Part shown: positions 63,809-64,000 of the stretch, piece after piece | Layout: the number at the start of each line of letters is the position of its first letter | Numbering within the stretch: the first letter of the stretch is position 1 | Assembly: GCA_018398765.1 (NCBI GenBank) | Contig: JAHBMJ010000002.1 | Location: 62,001 to 126,000 of the forward strand | Length of the DNA: 64,000 bases | Direction: 5' to 3' | DNA from: Chromera velia | Taxonomy: Eukaryota | Made by a program: the position numbers and the translations under genes | Notes under the pieces: generated by a model | The model's input: the letters and a program-made list of their open reading frames with translations, nothing else | The model's database searches: none | Told to the model about the DNA's origin: nothing

Positions 63809-64000
63809 CGGGGTGACACACTGATTCAAAAAATTAAGTAGGAGAAGAGAGACGGTTTTTTTCTGACGGAAACGATCGAATGAGAGCAACGGACTCAGAA
63901 AGCCCAGAATCGACCAACGCTCAGTAAACCTTACACGCAAATGCCAAACTAATGACAAACAGCATTTTTCACGACCAGGTCACTGCAAGCAGCGTCCTCC

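Overview
Eukaryotic nuclear DNA with GT-AG introns packed with microsatellites, and genes separated by AT-rich blocks of transposon relics. Gene content, frequent TGCATGCA motifs and the ankyrin family style suggest a flagellated alveolate, most like the chromerid Chromera velia (inference, not checked against a database). Recognisable genes are PNKP, CFAP206, an HDAC6-type ZnF-UBP + RING protein, a CAP/SCP secreted protein, a CCCH-type zinc-finger protein and three ankyrin-repeat genes. Two of the ankyrin genes form an inverted duplication about 40 kb apart, and one copy carries a nonsense codon. The two most unusual genes are (1) a ~1611-aa secreted protein at 53737-59350 with about 51 copies of an (F/Y)xP(G)xG(V/I/L)FR motif in two arrays inserted into Ig-like domains and ending in a PAN/apple domain, and (2) a two-exon gene fusing a DUF4258/toxin-RNase-like module to a vWA domain and an alpha-kinase. 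Mobile DNA includes two ~1 kb TIR elements with 8-bp TSDs, a solo LTR with a 5-bp TSD, a foldback element, and LINE 3' remnants with (ATCA)n or (ATC)n tails. All exon structures and domain calls were made by eye.
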